NCBI GenBank assembly: GCA_036339465.1
Contig: JAYZAY010000064.1
Coordinates: forward strand, 21,664 to 85,663
Direction of reading: 5' to 3'
DNA: 64,000 nt
Source of the DNA: Myxococcota bacterium
GTDB taxonomy: Bacteria; Myxococcota; XYA12-FULL-58-9; JABJBS01
Below, piece by piece: positions 46,405 to 56,822 of the stretch (positions are counted from its first letter, which is position 1; the number at the start of each line of letters is the position of its first letter). Below the pieces are notes generated by a model that had not been told where the DNA came from, searched no databases, and saw only the letters and a list, made by a program, of their open reading frames with translations. The position numbers and the translations under genes were made by a program.

Positions 46405-49110
46405 TCAAGCTTCAACCGGTGGGGGAATCAACACTTCTCTCGGCTTCGCACCATTGGGAGGCCCCACAATCTGGTCTTGCTCCATTCGCTCTACCATCCG
46501 AGCCGCACGGTTATATCCAATCTGTAAATGTCGTTGGATCATCGAGATGGAAACCTTTCTCGCCTTGGCTGCAATGGCGATACCTCGGTCGTAGAGTTCA
46601 TCTTGGTATTTGTCTTCACCGTCCGTTTCCTCCGCAACCTCTTCTACCGTGAGAATCGACTCATCGTAATCGGGCTCCCCATGTTCTTTCAAGAACTCGG
46701 CCGTCTTCAAAATCTCGTCATCTTTGACAAAGGCACCATGGACCCGTTCCAAGCCGCCAATACCCGTTGAGAGGTAGAGCATATCACCACTTCCCAAAAG
46801 ATTCTCTGCACCATTGGAATCCAAAATAGTGCGAGAATCCGTACGAGACGCGACTTGAAAAGCAATCCGCGTCGGAAAATTGGCCTTGATAACACCAGTT
46901 AGGACATCCACCGAAGGCCTTTGGGTCGCTAGAATTAAGTGAATACCCGCAGCTCGAGCCTTCTGCGCCAATCGCATAATATAGCCCTCCACTTCCCTCC
47001 CTGCGGTCATCATCAAATCCGCCAACTCGTCTACAATAATAACGATATACGGAAAGACTTCACAGACGATTTCCTCGCTACCACCGGGCTCTTTTGCTTT
47101 TATCTCCTCACCTACTTTAGCTGCTTGCTCTATTTTGGAATTGTAACCATCAATATTACGAACCACGACATCACTCATAAGCTGATAGCGCCGCTCCATT
47201 TCATTCACACCCCACTTCAAGGCGAGGGCCGCTTTCTTAGGATCCGTCACCACCGGAAGCAACAAATGTGGAATTTCGTTATAAACGGACAATTCAAGCA
47301 TCTTCGGATCGATCATGATAAACCGCACTTCATCGGGTCGGGCCTTAAAAAGGATACTCATAATCAATGAATTGACGAAGACACTTTTCCCACTACCGGT
47401 CGCACCCGCCACCAATAAGTGAGGCATTTTACTTAAATCAGCGACCCTTGGTTTTCCTTCAATATTCTTTCCAAGAACCACCGGAAGCTTCGTTTTGGTC
47501 TCTCGAAACCCCTTACAGGTAACCAGTTCCTTAAGAAAAACAGTTTCCCGAGTAGCATTTGGTATTTCAATTCCAACCGCCCCTTTACCGGGAATGGGCG
47601 CAACAATCCTTACCCGAAGCGCTTCCATCACCATGGCCAAATCATCAGCCAAAGCCGAGATCTTAGAAACCTTGGTGCCCGCCTGGGGCACATATTCAAA
47701 CATGGTAACGACCGGACCAGGCCGAATCTCCCTAACCACACCGTGGATCCCATAATCCAACAACGTATTTGTAAGCTTCATGGCCATGTTTTTCAATTTC
47801 TCAGGATCGATTGATTCCGATACAACTTCAGGAACCTCCAAGAGCGTGGCGGGCGGCAAGGGGAAATCCGTTCGCTTTTTCCACCATTTTCCTTGCGCAT
47901 TGACTTCAGTCTCCGCGGCAACCTTCTCAATTTCGTCCAGGTCAACTTTGGGCCGAACGTCTACGATTTGGGGTTCATTGGGAAACTCTTGCTGCTTGGG
48001 CGCTTGCTTTGTGAGAAGATTCTTCACCCTCCCTGAACCTACCTCAGCAGGTACCAAACTTCGCTCATCCTGAATCACGGGTACCATGGCCAAAGAGACA
48101 CTCTGGACATCACCAGATTCCTTAATGACTGGTGAGTCCATCAAACTCTCCGATTTGTCTGCCAAAACCCCCAGTTCAAATCCCTCTTCTTGCGTCAAAT
48201 CTATCTCGGTGCCTACCAAAGGAATTTTGCTCGGGAGATTTTGCTCGACTTTCTTCGCTTGTTTGGCATCCTCCCGATCCGCTTGCTTATCGGCCCACGC
48301 ACGACCCTGCGCCTTGGCCCTGGCTACCTTTTCCTCTTTCAGCGCCCCAAAATCAGTTGCTTCTTCTCCTGGAAACTCTTGGCCAAAGCTCCAACTATTT
48401 CCCCGGTCACCTTTTTTCTTCTTTGCCGCACTTCTCTCCGCGCGTCTCTCGATCAATCGCTGCTGGCGCTCTTTCATCAAAGCAAGACCGGACTGCAACT
48501 GAATCACCCCACGCTGAAACACGCTCATACCTTGATAACCCAATCCGGCCAAAACGCCATCAGCTGTCACCGCCAAAGAAATCAACACGAAACTCAGCGC
48601 CAGGATCAAAGCACCAATCATCGCGAAATACTGAAAAAGAGTCTGCCCCAAAATAGCACCAACCACCCCCCCCACGGGATAACTTGTGGGGTGATTCATA
48701 AAAACCAAATGCGCAAACGTACCCGCCGATACCATGAGCAGCAGCGCGCCTAACAACTCACGCCAACCAGGTACGACCCGCCTATTTGAAAACGAACGCC
48801 ACCCAGCCAAAAGCACCCCAGCCCCCAACGGAAAAGCCCCGACCCCAAGAAATTGGAGTAATAAATCAGCCCAATAGCCACCTGCAGTTCCGATCCAATT
48901 CTTGACTTCGTTAGCCCCCTGAGAGTTTAAGGAACTATCTCCGGGGTGATAACTGGCCAGAGCCAGAAGTGTCATCAGCCCAAAACATCCCAGACCGATG
49001 GCGCCAACTTCATGAAGGGCGCCTGCAGACGGTAATTGCTTAGGGGCAGTACCCGCACTTTTCTTCTTTGTTTTTCGGTACTTATTAGAAGTACTTTTGG
49101 CCCTAAGCAT
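46405..49110 (-). CDS. ftsK: DNA translocase FtsK
   Basis: N-terminal 4TM domain (NWIG..G), PHLLVAGATGSGKS, DELADLMM, ATQRPS, gamma domain QRHLQIGYNRAAR. Confidence 0.97.
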   Translation of the reverse strand: MLRAKSTSNKYRKTKKKSAGTAPKQLPSAGALHEVGAIGLGCFGLMTLLALASYHPGDSSLNSQGANEVKNWIGTAGGYWADLLLQFLGVGAFPLGAGVLLAGWRSFSNRRVVPGWRELLGALLLMVSAGTFAHLVFMNHPTSYPVGGVVGAILGQTLFQYFAMIGALILALSFVLISLAVTADGVLAGLGYQGMSVFQRGVIQLQSGLALMKERQQRLIERRAERSAAKKKKGDRGNSWSFGQEFPGEEATDFGALKEEKVARAKAQGRAWADKQADREDAKQAKKVEQNLPSKIPLVGTEIDLTQEEGFELGVLADKSESLMDSPVIKESGDVQSVSLAMVPVIQDERSLVPAEVGSGRVKNLLTKQAPKQQEFPNEPQIVDVRPKVDLDEIEKVAAETEVNAQGKWWKKRTDFPLPPATLLEVPEVVSESIDPEKLKNMAMKLTNTLLDYGIHGVVREIRPGPVVTMFEYVPQAGTKVSKISALADDLAMVMEALRVRIVAPIPGKGAVGIEIPNATRETVFLKELVTCKGFRETKTKLPVVLGKNIEGKPRVADLSKMPHLLVAGATGSGKSVFVNSLIMSILFKARPDEVRFIMIDPKMLELSVYNEIPHLLLPVVTDPKKAALALKWGVNEMERRYQLMSDVVVRNIDGYNSKIEQAAKVGEEIKAKEPGGSEEIVCEVFPYIVIIVDELADLMMTAGREVEGYIMRLAQKARAAGIHLILATQRPSVDVLTGVIKANFPTRIAFQVASRTDSRTILDSNGAENLLGSGDMLYLSTGIGGLERVHGAFVKDDEILKTAEFLKEHGEPDYDESILTVEEVAEETDGEDKYQDELYDRGIAIAAKARKVSISMIQRHLQIGYNRAARMVERMEQDQIVGPPNGAKPREVLIPPPVEA

Positions 49111-49312
49111 TCCCAATCCTCTCTCAAATAAATCAGATTTCCCGTCTTCCCATGGAACGCGACGAATGCCTCACCCACAGTACTCAATCTCAACCACACC
49201 TCTCCAAATTAGGAGCAAGGAGGCATTTGGTCAAAATTTCTGCTGGGCCAAAGGAATATTTTCCCAGAATAGTCTCTGCCTATTCTTTCGGGAGTGCTGG
49301 CTTATTTGATGT

Positions 49313-49328
49313 AGGCACGAATTTTGCT
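49313..49328 (+). promoter_or_regulatory. Sigma54-type -24/-12 promoter
   Basis: AGGCACGAATTTTGCT vs consensus TGGCACG-N4-TTGC(A/T); exact GG-N10-GC spacing; intergenic and correctly oriented. Confidence 0.65.
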
Positions 49329-49355
49329 TGACATGAATAAGTCCGAAAATATAGT
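49328..49355 (+). promoter_or_regulatory. Sigma70-type promoter
   Basis: TTGACA-16 nt-TATAGT. Confidence 0.65.
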
Positions 49356-49463
49356 GGTCCTCGACTCGGTTTCCCTAGAACATATACTAAAAGGTCTGGT
49401 GGTAATGCCGTAGCTGGGTTAAACCAGTGGGAAACGTGGCTGATTCAAAGTCGGAGAAAATCG

Positions 49464-50018
49464 ATGAAAATCTATCGCAAGGTAATACCAAGAATCTCTA
49501 AGGATGTTGTGCGTGCCCTTCTCGCCAATCGAGTTATAGAAGTTGAAGATGGACACAGAGACGACGCTGAATTAGATATCGCCGGAGTATTCGTTCGCTA
49601 CCTCAACCAACTTGATAAGTTGACAACAGATACCCAAGAAGCACTCGTGCGGCATGATTTGACAACGGCACAATTCCCCGTGGTTCGAGAAAAACTCGCC
49701 AAAAAACGGGGCATTGTTATGGGTCGTGGAGCTCTCACGCATCTTCTAGAACAAGTTGTTGGCGCCTTGTACGACTCAAAGCAGGTCTTAGAGATCTTCG
49801 AAGAAGATAAAGAGATCCAAGACATGCTATCACCGACCGTGGCAAAGTACGCAGGTGTCGATGAAGAGCTTGATCGAGAAATTCGGCAAAAGCTCAAGAG
49901 TCTAAGAGAAGGTACCCCTGAGTGGGAAAGTCAGTATTGTTGCTACATTGACCAAATGAAGAACACCGGTAAGCCACCTCAATATGATTACTCAGAAGCG
50001 AGCGAATCAACCCCCTAA
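49464..50018 (+). CDS. DUF507 family protein
   Basis: MKIYRKVIPRIS...IEV, ELDREIRQKLKSLREGTPEW; ggag RBS. Confidence 0.75.
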   Translation: MKIYRKVIPRISKDVVRALLANRVIEVEDGHRDDAELDIAGVFVRYLNQLDKLTTDTQEALVRHDLTTAQFPVVREKLAKKRGIVMGRGALTHLLEQVVGALYDSKQVLEIFEEDKEIQDMLSPTVAKYAGVDEELDREIRQKLKSLREGTPEWESQYCCYIDQMKNTGKPPQYDYSEASESTP

Positions 50019-50033
50019 ACCCCTCCCTTCTTC

Positions 50034-51944
50034 TTAGTGTGCCCCCGGCATTGACGGGTCCTCACCAAAAACAGACAAAACGACAAGAATAATGACAAGT
50101 CCCACGGCGTAACATGCGCCGAGGGGCCAGTTTGCCGCATACCCAACGTATCCAGCCGCAACCGCAGCCACCATGGCTGTAAACGCATAGGGAAGCTGTG
50201 TCTTAACGTGATCTAAAAGAGGACAGTCTGTGGCAGTAGAAGAGAGGACCGTCGTATCGGAAATTGGCGAACAATGATCGCCGAAAATTGCGCCATCCAA
50301 CACCGCACCCAAACAAATAATCACGTACATTGCTTCACCGGTAAGACTCACCGCCAAGGGGACCGCAACCGGCAAAACAATGGCCATCGTTCCCCACGAG
50401 GTGCCCGTACAAAAAGCAACGCCACCCGCCAACACAAAAACCGTGGCGGGTAAAACAATAGGCGGTAGAGTTTCTCCCACCAAACTGACAATACCCATGC
50501 CAGTCCCCACACTATCGCAAACGTCCTTAAGGACCCACGCCAGTATAAGCACAAGCCCCGCCCCCAGAAGATTTCCCGCACCGGTAGCATAGCTTTTGAC
50601 TGCCTCGATCAAACTCAGATTCTTATGTCTCATGGCCAAAATAAAGGTCAAAGCGCTACCAACAAGGGAAGACTCCAATAGAAAACCAGCCGTGGCATCC
50701 GAGGCACCGGAAAACGCAATTCTCCAAAAGTCCAGGCCATAACCAAGGTCCGACTCCCCAAACTTCCCCACTTGGTAGAGAAGCCACCCAATAATACTCA
50801 AAACGGGCAACACCGCATCCCAATACGAGCCCTGGCCCATGACCTGCGTATTCTTGTTCTGAAAGTCGGGATCCGGATGAACCTGCCCCTGACGTGCCCG
50901 TCGCTCTGCCTTCAGCATGGGGCCAAAATCACGACCAAGAAGCCCCGACAAAAACACTGTCGCCAGAGCAAACCAACAGTAGAAACGAAGAGGAATAGCG
51001 GCAAAAAACAAACCGTAGCCACTGCTTGGTAAACCTGCGACACTTTCCATTTCCCCCAGAAGACTCTCAAACAGACCGACCTCATAACCTATCCAGGTAG
51101 AGATAATCGCCAAACCGGCTACCGGTGCACTGGTAGAATCGACAATATAGGCCAATTTCTCCCGACTGATCTTAAGGCGATCCGTCAAAGAACGGGCCGT
51201 ACTTCCAACGACAACCGTATTGGCGTAGTCATCAAAGAAAACGGCACCTCCCATGGAAGCAGTAACAACTTGCCCTGACCGAGGCCCAATCGCAAATCGC
51301 GAAAGTTTATCTACCAATGCCGCTGTAGCCCCCATTCGAGACATCAACCCCACCATCCCAACCAAAGCAAAGGTAAACCCTAATATTTGTAAATTAAACT
51401 CGGACGAAATAACCGGGTAGAATACTTCGCTGGCATAATAACCCACTGAAGCGTCAAGCGAACGACTTCCCCACCCCACAACCCCAACGAATCCACCGAG
51501 GAATAACGATAAAATGATATTTCGCGTAGCAATCGCCAAGCCCAACGCCAAAAGAGGCGGCAAAAACGAAAACCACGTGGGAATCGGCTGCGACTTTTCA
51601 AAAATTGGTCCACTATTGCTCCGAACCGTAAGAACGAGCGACCGTTCTTTTCTTACGAATTCATATTGCACAATCGCCGCATCCCCCAGGGTCTTTGATA
51701 GCGAACTCGGTTTTTCTCCCCGCAATTTTTCATTACAAACCGCAACCGCTTTTCCCTCACCTAAACACTCTCGTGATCCGATGATCTGAGCTTCATGAAA
51801 AACATCACTTTCGGCGGCACGAAACAGGCCAGAAGCAACGCGCCTGAGAGCTGCATCCTCATTCAACGGTAATAGGTGGCAAATTGCCACCACCAGCAGG
51901 GCAGCACCGATTACCGCCCCTACCTGAACCATCCATTTTTTCAT
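50034..51944 (-). CDS. Na+/H+ antiporter NhaC family transporter
   Basis: FFDDYAN, SREKLAYIVDSTSAP, TGTSWGT, GAIFGDHCSPISDTT.LSS, HVKTQLPYA. Confidence 0.93.
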   Translation of the reverse strand: MKKWMVQVGAVIGAALLVVAICHLLPLNEDAALRRVASGLFRAAESDVFHEAQIIGSRECLGEGKAVAVCNEKLRGEKPSSLSKTLGDAAIVQYEFVRKERSLVLTVRSNSGPIFEKSQPIPTWFSFLPPLLALGLAIATRNIILSLFLGGFVGVVGWGSRSLDASVGYYASEVFYPVISSEFNLQILGFTFALVGMVGLMSRMGATAALVDKLSRFAIGPRSGQVVTASMGGAVFFDDYANTVVVGSTARSLTDRLKISREKLAYIVDSTSAPVAGLAIISTWIGYEVGLFESLLGEMESVAGLPSSGYGLFFAAIPLRFYCWFALATVFLSGLLGRDFGPMLKAERRARQGQVHPDPDFQNKNTQVMGQGSYWDAVLPVLSIIGWLLYQVGKFGESDLGYGLDFWRIAFSGASDATAGFLLESSLVGSALTFILAMRHKNLSLIEAVKSYATGAGNLLGAGLVLILAWVLKDVCDSVGTGMGIVSLVGETLPPIVLPATVFVLAGGVAFCTGTSWGTMAIVLPVAVPLAVSLTGEAMYVIICLGAVLDGAIFGDHCSPISDTTVLSSTATDCPLLDHVKTQLPYAFTAMVAAVAAGYVGYAANWPLGACYAVGLVIILVVLSVFGEDPSMPGAH

Positions 51945-52245
51945 GAGCCGCCTGTAGCATAAGCAAAGACAGGTGTCACACGAGAAGCACGAACATCAAT
52001 TGGAGGAATTGAAAAGCATATAAACGCCGACCCAAAGTGACTTTTCGTCCATGAGATTGTTGGTCCACGCACGATTTCCTAAAGGAGTAGAACAAATATG
52101 TCTCAGCACACAATACTTACCCACGCTCTCCCAGACACACCGAAAATGTTTTCCGGGCCAAAGTGCGATAATCGAAAGAACGAACCAACCACAACAGCTC
52201 AAAACTCACCCAAATAGAGACTCCACGAAACAGAGCAACCGAGTG

Positions 52246-53151
52246 TCAAAGAGGATTATCCACTACACCGGGTTGGAATAAATGAATATCGGCCTTCAGC
52301 TTGTGTTTCCCATTCACTTCGACACGGTATGGCAGGCGATTTTCCCCTATGCCAACCCACACGACGGCATTCGTCAGACGCTTCCCTCGATTTGTCCCAT
52401 ATAGAACATCGTAACGATCTGCCATTCGCAAACCCACCGGAGTTTGCACTTCTTCCTGCCCGGTATACCTAAACTGAATGGTGTAAGTCCTTAAGTTGCC
52501 ATAAATGAGAACACATGTTCGCTCCTCTTTGGGGAGACGTCGCAACATGTAAAAGGCCGTGACAAAGTCCCGGACGGGCAAGCTGAAAGCCGCTTTGACT
52601 CTTTTTTCCTGCTGATTTTTTCGGCGAATCGCATCAAAACTTGTGGTGTTTAGAGCGAAGACCAAACGTTCCTCGTAGGCATCTTTCTGCATCCTATATT
52701 GGGTCATCGCCTGAATGGGCTTGTCTTGCCCCCTCGCCACCAAGGCCGCTGCCCTACCCTCCACCGGTAACAACGAAGCAACAAAGCTATCTATCTTAAA
52801 GTGACTGCGATAATCGACAGTGGACCTACCTTCAAAAACCCCCTTCTGAGCAACCAAGAAATCAATGGTTCCCACAGAAACACCTTCCAGTTCAATTCTA
52901 TAACGAAGCGTTTCTCCCACATTCCCTGGTAGCTCGCCGGTTAAAATCATTGACTCTGTACACTGATCTAAACCATCAGGGGTGCGAGGAACCTTGAGTA
53001 CTTGAGACTTAGCTTCAGTCCTCAAAGCCTGGGCAGACGCACCCGGTGCTATGGCAAAAAAAATTGCCACCAGACCAAAAAAAGAACTGTATTTCCTCGA
53101 AACAAGCTTTAACATAAAATCACAACCCAAATGTACTTTCAGCATATTCAC
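52246..53151 (-). CDS. Exported DUF3108-like protein
   Basis: Signal-like segment ending ASAQA; GETLRY, DFVTAFYMLR, EEVQTPVG, VWV...RLP; start uncertain. Confidence 0.65.
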   Translation of the reverse strand: MNMLKVHLGCDFMLKLVSRKYSSFFGLVAIFFAIAPGASAQALRTEAKSQVLKVPRTPDGLDQCTESMILTGELPGNVGETLRYRIELEGVSVGTIDFLVAQKGVFEGRSTVDYRSHFKIDSFVASLLPVEGRAAALVARGQDKPIQAMTQYRMQKDAYEERLVFALNTTSFDAIRRKNQQEKRVKAAFSLPVRDFVTAFYMLRRLPKEERTCVLIYGNLRTYTIQFRYTGQEEVQTPVGLRMADRYDVLYGTNRGKRLTNAVVWVGIGENRLPYRVEVNGKHKLKADIHLFQPGVVDNPL

Positions 53152-53278
53152 TTCCTCACCTCAAACCAAGTTTAAGGTACCGAACCGATCTAAGATTCGG
53201 CCAATCGCCTCGACGCCCCCCTGTTGTTTCTTGTATGGATGGTTACCCACCTTAATAAATTCATTTGAGGCCTAGAGA

Positions 53279-53563
53279 ATGATTGTTGGCATCTTAGAAC
53301 TTACCCTCGCCGTCCCTGCGCAATCAATCAAAGAGAAGCGCGGAATCGTGAGAAAAATCATTCACCGGGCCCGTAACAAATTTAACGTCGCTGCAGCTGA
53401 AGTGGATAAATTAGATTACCATCAGGCCACAACGCTCGGTTTTACTGCGGTAAGCAACGACGAAATTTATACGCAAAACCAACTTCGAAAACTGGTTGAA
53501 TTCATCGACCAACTTTATCTCGGTGAAATCATCGACGACAACATTATCATCGAACGCTATTAG
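53279..53563 (+). CDS. DUF503 / YlxP-like protein
   Basis: MIVG.L.L, SIKEKR, KFNVAAAEVD. Confidence 0.9.
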   Translation: MIVGILELTLAVPAQSIKEKRGIVRKIIHRARNKFNVAAAEVDKLDYHQATTLGFTAVSNDEIYTQNQLRKLVEFIDQLYLGEIIDDNIIIERY

Positions 53564-54591
53564 CGAAAAACGCACTGAAGCATCTCTTCCATGCGTCGCC
53601 TATAGGAATGGTCTTTTTTCACCCTCTCTTGAGCGCGACTCCCAATCAATTTTCTTTCTTCCGCATGTTCAAGATAATAGGCAATCTTCTCTCGTAGTTC
53701 ATGACAGTTCTCATAAACGACAATTTCATGACCAATCTTAAAATGCTGCTCCAGCAAGGATCTCTTATCCACAAGCTGAAAAGCACCACACCCTGCTGCA
53801 ACAAAAGTGCGAGGATTAATAAAATCGCACTCCTCACCCCCTTTCGAGCCCAGAGCCGTATGGGGATTCAAAACAATTTCAGAGCGGGAATAAATTTCAA
53901 TTTCCTCATCTGGCGTGACCAGACGGTCCCCTATTTGGACCAACGGTTCTAATGCCACCGAACATCCACGCCATCCTCGCCCCCATAAACTCAATGGGAG
54001 ATCGCTCAATTTTTCAAATAACTTAACTCTTTCCGGAAACGGTGACCCCATAAACGCCAAAGAAGCAATCGAAGGTCGCTCCCCAAGACCATCACCATAA
54101 CTCAAAGCCATATCAGGACATGCATTGGGTAAATAGTGAACTTCATTGGCGCCCACCTCTCCCAAGAGATCGACAAATTTTCCCTTTTGGATGACAAAAT
54201 AGTGGTCGTAATGGCGAGCCTGATTTCGCCAAACTGGAAACCTCGAAAAGTTCTCTACAAACCAAGCCGCCGTGAGGATGCCTGACTTTCGCCACCCTGC
54301 CAGTAAATCGACTCGCAAAGGCGCCAATGCCAAAGCAAAAACCAAATGGGGTTTAAACCCAGAGACAGCCTTACGCAGCTGCATGGTAACCTTCTGATAA
54401 AACTCCTCCTGGGCCAACACGAGGTCGGACCTCGTTTTCGTTTCATAGTACAAAGTCTGGAAAGAAGTTAGGTCACACTCTTGAACCTCATGGCCCAAAC
54501 CCACGAGCGCATTGCAAGCATGCTTGGCAATAGGCACACCCCCACCAAAAACCGGAGAAACCACAGAAATGCGAAAACGGTTCTCTTTCAT
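53560..54591 (-). CDS. CgeB-like glycosyltransferase (DUF3880 / Glyco_trans_1_2)
   Basis: AWFVE, YLPNAC, FMGS...R, YSRSEIVLN.H, NPRTF..AGCGAFQL, HSY..R; start set by ATGA overlap with the upstream pseudogene stop. Confidence 0.85.
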   Translation of the reverse strand: MKENRFRISVVSPVFGGGVPIAKHACNALVGLGHEVQECDLTSFQTLYYETKTRSDLVLAQEEFYQKVTMQLRKAVSGFKPHLVFALALAPLRVDLLAGWRKSGILTAAWFVENFSRFPVWRNQARHYDHYFVIQKGKFVDLLGEVGANEVHYLPNACPDMALSYGDGLGERPSIASLAFMGSPFPERVKLFEKLSDLPLSLWGRGWRGCSVALEPLVQIGDRLVTPDEEIEIYSRSEIVLNPHTALGSKGGEECDFINPRTFVAAGCGAFQLVDKRSLLEQHFKIGHEIVVYENCHELREKIAYYLEHAEERKLIGSRAQERVKKDHSYRRRMEEMLQCVFR

Positions 54592-54981
54592 GAAATTTTC
54601 AATACCCCAAATACCCTCAAATGCCACTCAGAGAAAACTGTAACCTCAAGCGCATTTAACGGTGCGACCCTCTTTCCTGCTCTGCTTAGGACCGCGGAAG
54701 TATGCGTTCCATGTAGAGATGCATGAAAATCGTGTTGATGAATAAGGTCTACTATTCACATACTTTTCACCCAAAGAATCAATGCGCCAAGCGGAACTCG
54801 GTCCCTTGAGCTCAGCAAGAAATAGGCACAAGCCAGCGCCACACGGCTCGATAAAATTACCCATCCTTTTTTTCATCACTTCAACGCTTGTCTGATGAGA
54901 CTCTGGAAAGTCGGTTTGTGCGTAAACTCTCGCCTGGTTAACTTCGTTCATTCATTCTGGCTCAGGGGTTCTAATCAACAT
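54588..54981 (-). pseudogene. Decayed class I SAM-dependent methyltransferase
   Basis: MLIRTPEPE*MNEVNQARVYAQTDF with in-frame TGA at 54952-54954; SAM-binding core absent; frameshifted C-terminus QHDFHASLH...LEVTVFSEWHLRVFG. Confidence 0.75.
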
Positions 54982-55061
54982 CCAAAAAATCTTAATCTAA
55001 ACCTCACCGAAAAGCACCCGTAGGAGAGTAACCGCCCCCCCCTAAGACATGAAAGAACTGA

Positions 55062-56822
55062 TTAAGCAGCCGTGCCAAATTGTAATTCCGCTAGACGAGA
55101 ATAGGTCCCCCCACGCTTGAGAAGTTGTGCGTGACTTCCAGACTCAATAATTTCACCATGTTGGAGAACATAAATACAATTGACCTTGCGGACAGTCGAC
55201 AAGCGATGCGCAACAATAATAGCGGTACGTCCCTCTAGCAAGACATCCAATGCCTCTTGAAGCTTCGCTTCCGTTGCCGAATCGATATTGCTGGTTGCCT
55301 CGTCCAAAACAAGAACCTCTGGATCTAAAGCCAGTGCACGTGCAAACGCCAGAAGTTGTCGCTCACCTGCCGATAAATTGGCACCGAGCTCTTTCACCAA
55401 TGTCTCATAGCCTTGAGGAAGACCTTCAATCAACTCGTGAACCCCAAGTGCTTTCGCCGCATTCAACCCTCGTTCCTCTGATAAAACTCCCTCGAAGGTT
55501 AGATTCTCCATCACCGTTCCCCTAAAGAGATAAACATCTTGTAAAACCACAGCAAACGTCCGTCGAACATCATACAAACGGATCTTGTCTAGGGACTGCC
55601 CATCCAATAAGATGTAACCCTTTTGGGGATCGTAAAATCGATTTAGAAGCTTTAGAATTGTTGTTTTTCCGGAGCCGGTAGCCCCAACCAACGCAATCTT
55701 ATCTCCTTTAACAAGCCGAAAACTTATCCCTTTAAGGACCCAATCCTCGAGTCTGGGTTCGTCTTTGTAGGAAAACCAAATATCCTTTAAGTCAATACTA
55801 TTCTTAAAGTGCGAAACGGTTAATCCCCCCTTATTTTCAGCGAGAACGACCGGTTCACTCAAGAGCTCAAATATACGCTCTGAAGAGGCAAAAGCCGATT
55901 GCAAAATCGTGTATTTTGCAGAAAGGTCGCGAATCGGAACAAAAAATCGCCTTATATACTGTATAAATGCGACCAGTGTCCCCGCCTTGACCATCCCATC
56001 ACTGAGATCGATAGCACCAAACCAAAGCAACACGACAACCGCTAAGGTTCCCAAAGCCTCAACCACAGCAAAAAGAGACGCATCGACCAAAATGGCACCC
56101 TGATTGGCATCCCGATAAGCAATATTTAAATCCAAGAACTCCCGATAGGTGCGCTTCTCTTGCCCAAAACTCTGAACAATAAACATGCCCGCCAAATGCT
56201 CTGACAAAAAAGCATTGATACGCGCCAAATGCTTTCGAACACCACGAAAAGCTGTCCGCGCATAACGCTGGGAAAAAATGGTAACAATCACCAAAACCGG
56301 TAAAACCGCAAATGCCAACATCGCCATTTTGACATCCATCCAAAGCATCGCACTTACAATGGCAACGATCGTGATCAAATCTGCAATAATCGTCACTGCG
56401 CCCGTCGCAAAAACCTCAGCAAGTGACTCAACATCATTGGTTAACCGGGTAAGAATTCGACCAAGGGGATTTTTATCATAATAGGCTGCCGGAAGTTTTT
56501 GCACATGCCGATATAAGTCATGTCTCAAATCCTTCATCGCCTTCTGTCCTAAAACGCTCATGAAAAACTGAGATGCGAAACCGGCGATATAGTCAAAGAC
56601 AATGGCGCATAGATACAAGGAAGCCAACATGGTTAAGAGATCTAGATCTTTGGCAGGAATCACCTCATCTAAAATCTGCTGGATCAAATAAGGGGGAATC
56701 ACAACACTGAGAGCACTCAAGGGATACAACGACAATGCCAATAAAAACAGCCCCTTATGGGCCTTCAAATAGACCCCGAGCTTCCTTACCAAAGCCCAAT
56801 CGCTATGGAACCCACCACTCAT
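55062..56822 (-). CDS. ABC exporter, fused permease/ATPase (MdlB-like)
   Basis: RLTNDVE, GATGSGKT, LSAGERQLL, LVLDEATS, IVAHRLST. Confidence 0.93.
   Translation of the reverse strand: MSGGFHSDWALVRKLGVYLKAHKGLFLLALSLYPLSALSVVIPPYLIQQILDEVIPAKDLDLLTMLASLYLCAIVFDYIAGFASQFFMSVLGQKAMKDLRHDLYRHVQKLPAAYYDKNPLGRILTRLTNDVESLAEVFATGAVTIIADLITIVAIVSAMLWMDVKMAMLAFAVLPVLVIVTIFSQRYARTAFRGVRKHLARINAFLSEHLAGMFIVQSFGQEKRTYREFLDLNIAYRDANQGAILVDASLFAVVEALGTLAVVVLLWFGAIDLSDGMVKAGTLVAFIQYIRRFFVPIRDLSAKYTILQSAFASSERIFELLSEPVVLAENKGGLTVSHFKNSIDLKDIWFSYKDEPRLEDWVLKGISFRLVKGDKIALVGATGSGKTTILKLLNRFYDPQKGYILLDGQSLDKIRLYDVRRTFAVVLQDVYLFRGTVMENLTFEGVLSEERGLNAAKALGVHELIEGLPQGYETLVKELGANLSAGERQLLAFARALALDPEVLVLDEATSNIDSATEAKLQEALDVLLEGRTAIIVAHRLSTVRKVNCIYVLQHGEIIESGSHAQLLKRGGTYSRLAELQFGTAA

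Noticed and set aside
53765..53773. Perfect DnaA box TTATCCACA
   Set aside because: Single copy inside a coding region; expected by chance
54952..54954. Selenocysteine or readthrough at the in-frame TGA
   Set aside because: The position corresponds to Leu, not Cys, in the family, and the gene also has a deletion and a frameshift
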